From: Candidatus Lokiarchaeum ossiferum
Lineage (GTDB): Archaea > Asgardarchaeota > Lokiarchaeia > Sigyniarchaeales > Promethearchaeaceae
Assembly (NCBI GenBank): GCA_025839675.1
Contig: CP104013.1
Span: 5,580,001-5,612,000 of the forward strand
Reading direction: 5' to 3'
DNA: 32,000 bases
Both the position numbers and the translations under genes were made by a program. Shown piece by piece: positions 18,466 through 25,871 of the stretch; the stretch's first letter is position 1; each line of letters begins with the position of its first letter. The notes below the pieces were generated by a model. That model had not been told where the DNA came from and did no database searches. It saw only the letters and a list, made by a program, of their open reading frames with translations.

Positions 18466-18482
18466 TCATATGTCCCATATGA
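18466..18482. promoter_or_regulatory. Perfect inverted repeat TCATATG-TCC-CATATGA in the divergent promoter region; a third TCATATGA palindrome lies at 18496-18503
   Basis: Read directly from the sequence between the divergently transcribed zinc-ribbon gene (start 18357) and the flotillin gene (start 18651). This is a candidate operator; no binding factor is known. Confidence 0.3.
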
Positions 18483-18650
18483 ATTTTTATTTTCCTCATA
18501 TGATACCATGATAAATTTGGATTTTATTCAAATGCTTATTTTTCTTATTATCAGATAGGGTTGAATCGTTAGTCAAATTAAAGCCTTGGTAAGAAACTTT
18601 AATTTGAAACCAGAACAATTCACCTTTACAGTATATATGAGGAAAAAAAA

Positions 18651-19871
18651 ATGATATTACAAACAGCTGGAGATATTTTTGTTGGTGTTCTTGTTGGAGG
18701 CCTTATTTTAGGGGCCATTTTGTTAATTATTTATTTAAAGAATATGATCGTGGTCCCTTTTAACGAGATCCACGTAATCAGTAGAGGAAAGAAGATTAAC
18801 ACTCTTGACGGAAAAGGGCGTTATCTTTATCTTAAACCATTGATGGGGAGAACGATTATTCCTAAGCACGTGCTCGATATTGAACCAGGTCTTTTGGAAA
18901 TGCACGATTGTGATAACTTACCCTTTGGAATTGAAATCAGTGTTAAGGTACAAGTCACAGATCCACAGAAAGCGGCAGCTACTTTAACTCGAATTGATCA
19001 TACAACTGTTTCCAAAGTTGTAGAAGATACTGTCATGTCTGCAGCTCGCTCTATTGCAATGGAACGAACTATTTTAGATATAATGAAAAAACGGGAGGAT
19101 GTCGAACAATCCGTATATAGCATGGTTTCCGATGCTCTTGGAAAATTAGGATTATCGGCTATTATCTTTGACATTAAAAATATTCGCGATATCGATCAAA
19201 GCCAAGTAATATCCTCAATGGAACGGGTTAAAATTGCGGAATTACAAAAAAATGCTCAAGTTTCAGAAGCGATTCATAAAAAAGAAGCCACTGTTAAACG
19301 AGAACAAATGATGCAAGAAGAAGCTGCTGCAAGATTAACTCGGGAACAAGAGATTATTACACAACAAGTTAAAGTGGACCAAGAACAGTTGATCCTCGAA
19401 AAACAACAATCTTCGAAAAAAGCAGAAATTGAACGTGAAAAGCAACGCATTTATGCAGAAGCTGCTAAAGAAAAATTGATGATAGAAACACAAGCTGCTG
19501 CTGATGCTATCAAATTAAAGGCTGAATCTGAATCTCATGCAATCAAAATCCGTGCTGAAGCAGATGCGGACGCAATTCTCAAAAAGGGACAAGCTGAAGC
19601 GACAGTCTTAGAAATGAAAAATAAAGCCATGGGAGGTAATTTTGCTGCCCAAATTGAATTATCTAAAATAATGTCTGTTGCTCAAATTGATTCAGCCGGA
19701 AAAATTGCCGAAGCGTTAGGTAAAAATAATAAAATCATGTATCTACCTACAGGTGGAGATAATGGAATTCTTTCCAATTTTATGCCTAAAATGGATGCCA
19801 TAATGCAATCTGGTTTACCTGCAGAAATCATGGAAACTCTTGGGAAGAAAAAATCGACCAAAAAACAATAA
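18651..19871 (+). CDS. Flotillin-like SPFH/Band-7 protein (FloT/YqiK type)
   Basis: 406-aa ORF. N-terminal TM helix (IFVGVLVGGLILGAILLIIYL), an SPFH core, and a long E/A/K/Q coiled coil (AEAAKEKLMIETQAAADAIKLKAESESHAIKIRAEADADAILKKGQAEA). GAGG lies 9-12 nt upstream of the ATG. Confidence 0.85.
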   Translation: MILQTAGDIFVGVLVGGLILGAILLIIYLKNMIVVPFNEIHVISRGKKINTLDGKGRYLYLKPLMGRTIIPKHVLDIEPGLLEMHDCDNLPFGIEISVKVQVTDPQKAAATLTRIDHTTVSKVVEDTVMSAARSIAMERTILDIMKKREDVEQSVYSMVSDALGKLGLSAIIFDIKNIRDIDQSQVISSMERVKIAELQKNAQVSEAIHKKEATVKREQMMQEEAAARLTREQEIITQQVKVDQEQLILEKQQSSKKAEIEREKQRIYAEAAKEKLMIETQAAADAIKLKAESESHAIKIRAEADADAILKKGQAEATVLEMKNKAMGGNFAAQIELSKIMSVAQIDSAGKIAEALGKNNKIMYLPTGGDNGILSNFMPKMDAIMQSGLPAEIMETLGKKKSTKKQ

Positions 19872-19945
19872 TAAGATTTGTTTTTATTTTTTTGTTATCA
19901 TTACTCATAATATATTTTTTAATCAATCAATCATAGGTTAAACAA

Positions 19946-20599
19946 ATGGTAAAAGTTCCAATTGGAAAGGAAGTTGAAATTAATCTTTGGGATTCGAAGA
20001 AAAAGCACGGAATGGTCAAGTATTTTACTGACACAATGGATTTAGTCCGTGCCGAAAGCGAATTTTCTTTAAAAAAAGGTGATTCTGCCATTGTGGTTGA
20101 ATCCTATGATAGTTTTGTAGTTGTTGTTCCTGAAGATGAATATACTCAATTGCTACATGGTTCACATTTAGATGGGATTGATATTCAAGGCTTAAATGAA
20201 TTAATTTATAAATTATTAAAGGAGAGGATAAAAGATACTGGAGGAATTCTTTCTTTTGATGAGTTATGGTCAATTTTTAAGCGATCATCTATTCAAAGTG
20301 TTATTACGAAAAAGCATTTAAAAAAGGCTATAAAAATTCGACAAAGCTCATTTGATCGAATTAAAGATGATGGAGATACCATTGTCGCTCTAAAACCTCA
20401 AGAATGTTTGAATGATATCACTCAAATCGTGCGCCATTCTTCCAATACTTCATATGTTACAAAAGATTTTTTACAAAGCACTTTGCACTGGTCTGATTTG
20501 AGAATTGAACGGATATTGGATTATTTGACTAAAGAAGGGCGCTGTAGGGTTGAAGATTCATTTCGAACAGGCACCCGATACTATATGAAATTTTCATAA
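19946..20599 (+). CDS. Soluble fusion: NfeD-like OB-fold domain + ESCRT-II-type (EAP30, Vps22/36-like) tandem winged helix
   Basis: 217-aa ORF. Aa ~1-65: HGMVKYF...VRAESEFSLKKGDSAIVVESYDSFVVVVPE fits the NfeD C-terminal OB pattern. Aa ~85-217: TGGILSFDELWSIF...KKHLKKAIK...TIVALKP...STLHWSDLRIERILDYLTKEGRCRVED...RYYM is co-linear with SNF8/Vps22 (NGGLITLEEL...; SLKWETERARQVLEHLLKEGLAWLD), recalled from memory. No TM segment. Confidence 0.55.
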   Translation: MVKVPIGKEVEINLWDSKKKHGMVKYFTDTMDLVRAESEFSLKKGDSAIVVESYDSFVVVVPEDEYTQLLHGSHLDGIDIQGLNELIYKLLKERIKDTGGILSFDELWSIFKRSSIQSVITKKHLKKAIKIRQSSFDRIKDDGDTIVALKPQECLNDITQIVRHSSNTSYVTKDFLQSTLHWSDLRIERILDYLTKEGRCRVEDSFRTGTRYYMKFS

Positions 20600-20672
20600 A
20601 GATTACTTTTTCCAAATTCTAATCGCCCAACAACAAAGAAACTTTATTAATATCTATGGTTTTCTCAAGATC

Positions 20673-21677
20673 ATGGTTGTATCTAATGAAGAATCTCTTA
20701 TTGAAAATAAAATTGAGTGTCATTCTACCACTCTTCTTGTTCAAAGGAAGAAAGGTATTCTTCTATCCGTCATATCACTACTATTTTTAGGGTTTTTGCC
20801 CATAATTGCAAATAGTCGCCCAACTAATCTTTCTGCCTTGAGTTATGCCTTCTATCTCTCCTTTTGGGAACTTATATGTTCTTTACCTTTGCTATTTATT
20901 GAATTGAAATCTCATGATAAAGGAATTTTTACCATGGATATTGAACCACTAGTAAGAAAGAAAACCTACTTTATAATGGCTATAACTGGTGTAATTTTTT
21001 CCGTTTCGACTTATTTCTATGTATTTTCTTTTGAAAAAGCGGGAACTGTAAGTGCTGCTATTGCGATACAAACTTATCCCCTTTTTTCAATTGTATGGGA
21101 AAGTATTTTCTTGAAGAAAAAAAAAAGGTGGGATGAATTGTTTTTTACGGGATTAATTATTCTGGGAATTTATTTCATTGGGACAGAAGGAACTTTTGCC
21201 ATCCATGATTTTTCAATTTGGTTTGGTGTTGCTCTAATAACTCCGTTCCTATGGAGCATCGCCCATGTAACCATCAAAAATACCATTGATCAATCTCCAA
21301 TCTCTCCAAATCAGGTAACTTTCTTTCGGGTACTAATTTCTAGCTTTTTATTGTTTCTATTATCAATGTTCATAGATGGTCCACAATCGGTCTTCGGAGG
21401 GTTTACCAATTTTGAATTCCAAAAATATGCCTTCTTAATGGGATTAGTTTACTATTTGGAATTAGTCAATTGGTTTTATGCGGTGAAATATGTGAATGTT
21501 TCGGTCGCGAGTACTATAACCACTCCCACTCCAGTGTTAACTATGATCCTTGCAGTTATATTTTTAAGCGAGAAAATTTTAGTATATCAAATTATTGGTA
21601 TGGTGGTAGTTTTCATCGCTCTCTATGGTTTGATTTGGCGAGGTAATAAGAATCTCGAAAAAAAGAACAAAATATGA
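20673..21677 (+). CDS. EamA/DMT-superfamily transporter (10 TM)
   Basis: 334-aa ORF with two internally similar 5-TM halves. Each half ends in an EamA-like helix (AIQTYPLFSIVWESIFLKKK; TPTPVLTMILAVIFLSEKI). Confidence 0.75.
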   Translation: MVVSNEESLIENKIECHSTTLLVQRKKGILLSVISLLFLGFLPIIANSRPTNLSALSYAFYLSFWELICSLPLLFIELKSHDKGIFTMDIEPLVRKKTYFIMAITGVIFSVSTYFYVFSFEKAGTVSAAIAIQTYPLFSIVWESIFLKKKKRWDELFFTGLIILGIYFIGTEGTFAIHDFSIWFGVALITPFLWSIAHVTIKNTIDQSPISPNQVTFFRVLISSFLLFLLSMFIDGPQSVFGGFTNFEFQKYAFLMGLVYYLELVNWFYAVKYVNVSVASTITTPTPVLTMILAVIFLSEKILVYQIIGMVVVFIALYGLIWRGNKNLEKKNKI

Positions 21678-21819
21678 ATGTAATTTATTTTTCATTCATT
21701 AGGGAAAAATAACCTCTTTTATTCTTAATGGATCCAAAAATAAGTTTTTTAGGGTTTGAGTTCTTCTTTACCTGTTTAGCGTTTTTTATCTCCTAATTCT
21801 TAACTCGTCGAGATTTCTA

Positions 21820-23283
21820 TCAGACAGTACAATTTATTAACACAGGAAAATGGTCACTATAATAGTGAGCTAATCCATCTTCTGCAATATAGGTTTCTCG
21901 TGGAATTTCACAAGCATGAACTGTAATGGCTTCGCTTACAAAGATGTAATCTATCATGTTTTTGGGATCATCTTTACTGTCTGAAAACCCATTATAGGTT
22001 TGCAATTCATGAGGACCTGGACCATAAATATCAGAATAACTGCTGTGCAATGGTTTATCTCCGTAATTTTCTAAATATTCAAATCCTGCCATCGATACAT
22101 TCGCATTAAAATCGCCTCCCAAAATAAGCGGGACATCTTGGGACACTTGGGCAAGTTTATCATTTAGCAACCGACTGGCATTGCCCGTAAAATCTGCTCC
22201 AAAATCATAATGGACGCAAGCTACTACGATTTGATCACTTGAAACTGTGTCAACAAATCGTCCCCAACTACAAACTCGTACATTACTTGCTCCCCAAGAT
22301 TGCAGCGGAAGATTGGGATTTTTTGACAGCCAAAAGGATCCCCCTGTCAAAAAAGTAAATCGATCTTGATCATAAATGATAGCTGAATGCTCTCCGCTCA
22401 GTGTTCCGTCTTCTCGTCCAACTCCTGTATAACGGTAATTACGTACATCAAGATTTTGGATCAGATAGCGGAGTTGAAAATCATATGCTTCTTGCACTAA
22501 GATAAAGTCCCGATCCCAATGATCAATATATTCAACCAGGTTAATTTTTCGAACATTCCATGAGTCATAAGGATTTGATTCCGGAGTGTTTCCCTTCCGA
22601 ATGTTATATGTCATCACACTCAAATCTAAGTTTCCTGAAGGAGAATAATTGCTTGAGGGGAGCGCAATAGGACGATATAAGCCACTAAACGCAAATATAA
22701 GTGTAAATCCAAGGAAGATTCCGCTTTCCCATCTAATTATTTTGTGTTGATGGTTATGGGTCGAACAATAAACCCAAAAATTGTGCCAGAGATTGGATAA
22801 TTGCAATTTTTTAAGTAAAATGATGCCATAAAATATGAAAGATACTCCAATTCCGATTAAGAATAAATTAGAAATCCATAATCGCCAGAAATAGGTAAAA
22901 ATAAATGCTCCTACGATTTCAACAGTAAGTCCAATCCCATTCACACAAAAAAGGATGATTCGGTTTCTTCTTGTTTGTTCTTGTTTTGTGGTTATTAATG
23001 CAAAATTAAAGAGAAAAAGCGTCCCGATTAGCGCACCCGACAGTAGTGGGAAAAACAATGCTATGAATGTGCTCAATATTAGGATTACGCTCTTTTTTTC
23101 CGCCTTTATTTCTGGAATTGTGATATCTGTGCGTGGTTTTCGATAAAGAATCGCATGAATTAAGAAATGGAAGAATAATCCAACAATAACTAGAATTATC
23201 CCATATCCCACGGTTAAGAAACCCGCGGGGAATATAAATTGGAATATCCATTCCCAAGATGAACTAAAGGTTCTAACTCCCAT
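21820..23283 (-). CDS. Membrane-anchored endonuclease/exonuclease/phosphatase (EEP) family phosphoesterase
   Basis: 487-aa ORF. About 200 aa of N-terminal TM helices are followed by EEP motifs: LSVMTYNIRKGN, DFILVQEA, LILGGDFNA and the C-terminal YSDHFPV. Confidence 0.8.
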   Translation of the reverse strand: MGVRTFSSSWEWIFQFIFPAGFLTVGYGIILVIVGLFFHFLIHAILYRKPRTDITIPEIKAEKKSVILILSTFIALFFPLLSGALIGTLFLFNFALITTKQEQTRRNRIILFCVNGIGLTVEIVGAFIFTYFWRLWISNLFLIGIGVSFIFYGIILLKKLQLSNLWHNFWVYCSTHNHQHKIIRWESGIFLGFTLIFAFSGLYRPIALPSSNYSPSGNLDLSVMTYNIRKGNTPESNPYDSWNVRKINLVEYIDHWDRDFILVQEAYDFQLRYLIQNLDVRNYRYTGVGREDGTLSGEHSAIIYDQDRFTFLTGGSFWLSKNPNLPLQSWGASNVRVCSWGRFVDTVSSDQIVVACVHYDFGADFTGNASRLLNDKLAQVSQDVPLILGGDFNANVSMAGFEYLENYGDKPLHSSYSDIYGPGPHELQTYNGFSDSKDDPKNMIDYIFVSEAITVHACEIPRETYIAEDGLAHYYSDHFPVLINCTV

Positions 23284-23410
23284 AGTTATTGTTATATCGA
23301 TATACAGATAAATGTTTACCAGTAACAGAGATAAAGTTTAAAAAAGAAATCAATGTTAGAATCGCTCAAACGATCGTTCCTATTTTTAGGAACGACTTGA
23401 GAGTAGGTTT

Positions 23411-24760
23411 TTACTTGCTCTCTTTTTGTAAAAAAGCAATAAAATATCCGATACTATCATTAAGTCCGGGATAAAATCGGATCATTTGTTGGCATTCCTC
23501 ATCAGAGAGATCCATGCGAGAAATTCCTGGTTGTCCTATTTTTCGATATTTTTTGGGGATTGATACCACTTTATATCCCAATTTGTGAACTGCATAGGCA
23601 ATTATGTCCTCGTTTTCTTCTTTTGGAATTGTACATGTATTATACATCAAAAATCCCCCCGGTTTTACTAGATTGTCTACAATTTTTAATAGACGACGTT
23701 GATTAACCGGATAATCTAAAAGATCTTTCATAGTTTTATCAAGAAATATTTTTGGACGTGTTCCCAAAGCACTACATGGTGGATCAAACATCAAAAAATC
23801 TGCACTTTTTTCGAGTTCAGGGCGTAATTTTAATAATTTTCGTAAGTTACATGCCAAAACCTCGATATTTTGAAGTCCCAACCTTGTGATGTCGTTTCTC
23901 AAATGTTCTAATCGATTTGTTGATCTATCAATAGAAATTATCTTTGGCCACTTAGGTTTGCCTTGACTGCGTGAGAGATAAAATCCCCATTCAGCTAAAG
24001 CAGAAGTCTTATGCCCAGGAGCAGAGCAAGTATCAATAATTAAACCAGTGCTTTCAGGAAATACTTTTAAGTATTTCTCCATAAAAATTGCGGATGCTAA
24101 ATTTGGAGGGAGATTTTGTTCAGTAATCCATCCTTTTTTATATAAATCGCCATCACGATAATCGGGAATAGAATATAGTGGATTATGGTTTTTCACAAAA
24201 ATTCCTTTCAAATATTTGGGAAAATCTCGTGAAGAGATCATTGCTTCTCCATTAGCAATATGAAAATACTTTTCGAGCTCATCTGGGGTAAAATCAGAAT
24301 TTTTCACAATCTCAGGATATTTTTTTGGAGCAAGCGTTATTGAAACAGCTTCTCCTTTCGGAAATTTTCCATTGAAACCTTTAATTCCAGGTACAAAGAG
24401 ATTTGCGCCAAGCATAATTGATTCTGCAGCAAATTTATCACAATATACAATTCTATCATGAAGCTTTCCAACTTCTTTCTTTGTAATAGGGATTTGCAGA
24501 ACATTGGGAAGGGATCCGAGTTGACTTAGGACAGTGGGGAATATATTTTGAGTAAAAGAAAGAGCATTTTCTGGACTTATTTTTGATAAATTAATTCTCA
24601 AGTTATAATATTGAGGAGGTGTATGAATTGCCTGAATAATTTTTAACATATCTTCCGGATCGGTTATTGTTGCACTTAATCTTTCAATTACTGCTTTACC
24701 TATGAAATTTTGTTGTGCGTATTGGAGTACTAAGGAACTTTGAGAATCATCATTAGCCAT
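23411..24760 (-). CDS. RNA cytosine-C5 methyltransferase, NOL1/NOP2/Sun (RsmB/Trm4) family with PUA domain
   Basis: 449-aa ORF. PUA-like segment GANLFVPGIKGFNGKFPKGEAVSI, SAM motif IIDTCSAPGHKTSALAE, and catalytic motifs IV FDPPCSALG and VI MYNTCTIPKEENE. Confidence 0.85.
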   Translation of the reverse strand: MANDDSQSSLVLQYAQQNFIGKAVIERLSATITDPEDMLKIIQAIHTPPQYYNLRINLSKISPENALSFTQNIFPTVLSQLGSLPNVLQIPITKKEVGKLHDRIVYCDKFAAESIMLGANLFVPGIKGFNGKFPKGEAVSITLAPKKYPEIVKNSDFTPDELEKYFHIANGEAMISSRDFPKYLKGIFVKNHNPLYSIPDYRDGDLYKKGWITEQNLPPNLASAIFMEKYLKVFPESTGLIIDTCSAPGHKTSALAEWGFYLSRSQGKPKWPKIISIDRSTNRLEHLRNDITRLGLQNIEVLACNLRKLLKLRPELEKSADFLMFDPPCSALGTRPKIFLDKTMKDLLDYPVNQRRLLKIVDNLVKPGGFLMYNTCTIPKEENEDIIAYAVHKLGYKVVSIPKKYRKIGQPGISRMDLSDEECQQMIRFYPGLNDSIGYFIAFLQKESK

Positions 24761-24876
24761 GATTTTAAATTGTTTAACATTGCATTCGGAAAAAAATTTT
24801 CGTAAAGATTTTTGGCTTTTAATGACTTTATTGCCTATAGTTCTTCATATTAGATATTTTAAAGGATTCTGGAAAA

Positions 24877-25275
24877 ATGAATTTAAATACTGTACTTGCA
24901 AAGGAAATAATGAGTTCTGCAATTTCAACAACAACGCCAATGGAAAAAGTGTCTAATGCAGAAATCTTGATGATTAAAAAGAATATTGGGGGTTTACCTG
25001 TTGTTTCTGCTGAGACAAATCAATTGATTGGAATATTGACCCAACGCGATGTCCAACTAAGCCGTTCTATTATAGGTACCAATGTATTCCATGTTGATGA
25101 TCTTTATTCTAAAAACCCTGTCAAAGCCCTATTAGATGACCCTTTACCCGATATAATTAAAAAAATGAATGATTATAACATTGAGCGAATTCCTGTTGTT
25201 GATGAGAATAATTTCGTCCAAGGCATTATTGTAACTCAAGATATCATCTCTCTTTTAGGAAAATATTTCGCATAG
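24877..25275 (+). CDS. CBS domain pair protein
   Basis: 132-aa ORF with two CBS repeats (IMSSAISTTTP...GGLPVV...LIGILTQRDV and ...NIERIPVVDENNFVQGIIVTQDII). Confidence 0.85.
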   Translation: MNLNTVLAKEIMSSAISTTTPMEKVSNAEILMIKKNIGGLPVVSAETNQLIGILTQRDVQLSRSIIGTNVFHVDDLYSKNPVKALLDDPLPDIIKKMNDYNIERIPVVDENNFVQGIIVTQDIISLLGKYFA

Positions 25276-25291
25276 AAATAATATTTCTCTA

Positions 25292-25321
25292 TTTTTTTTT
25301 TGCCAATTTCTATTTTTTTTT
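25292..25321 (+). terminator. Two oligo-T tracts (T10 at 25292-25301, T9 at 25313-25321) after the CBS gene
   Basis: Read directly from the sequence. Oligo-T tracts are the established archaeal termination signal. Confidence 0.45.
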
Positions 25322-25403
25322 AAGTTGTCGTGCCCATAGAAATTTAAGAGCTATTTATTTTCATTAAGTCATAAATAGTAGATCATTAACTGGAGTTGAC
25401 TAG

Positions 25404-25811
25404 ACAATAGGGCACGGAAAAAAAAAGTATATCCCCCATTCTCAAGATGTATTTCCTTATATTTCTGAAGTAAAAAGTCCTGATTGGGTTCCATTTACTA
25501 CACTGTGGCCTATACCGGAAGCCTATTATCCTCATGTCTCCATTCCTGCTCTACGATCCTTATCTTATGCATATCAAGAATCATCCCTAGAAACGATTTT
25601 TTGGTTCTTTCTATTAAAGAAATATCTGAAACTTCCGATTGAAAAACATGATTACGAATTTTATGATGAATTATTAAAATGTGAGGTCATTGAGGAGAAA
25701 AAAAATGGTTTTAAGGCAAATCCATTACATTTATGGAATGTAACCCGTGATAAACAAAATATTCGTTCTGCTCCTGATTTATCTTCAACTTTTTATGCGC
25801 TCCACATTTTA
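25404..25811 (+). pseudogene. Start-less 135-codon open frame, probable displaced 5' part of the giant ORF (prenyltransferase/terpene-cyclase-like alpha/alpha repeats)
   Basis: My manual translation of the frame of the giant ORF gives TIGHGKKKYIPHSQDVFPYISEVKSPDWVPFTTLWPIPEAYYPHVSIPALRSLSYAYQESSLETIFWFFLLKKYLKLPIEKHDYEFYDELLKCEVIEEKKNGFKANPLHLWNVTRDKQNIRSAPDLSSTFYAPTF*. It contains no ATG/GTG/TTG codon, so it is absent from the ORF track. Its repeat motif (KNGF...DLSSTFYA) parallels QKPNGGF...DVNDTFWIGY in the downstream ORF. Confidence 0.5.
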
Positions 25812-25871
25812 AAATATATCGGTAGATTAAATGAATATCTCCAAGATCAGAATGGAGAAAAGCGAGATTTT

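Noticed and set aside
25329-25416. GC-rich 7-bp inverted repeat CGTGCCC ... GGGCACG separated by 74 nt, just upstream of and overlapping the start-less open frame
   Set aside because: It stands out in AT-rich DNA, and I considered a structured RNA, a BHB-intron-like helix or an element boundary. However, the stem is only 7 bp, the loop is long and AT-rich, and there is no supporting box or bulge motif. I kept it only as context for the broken 5' end of the giant gene.
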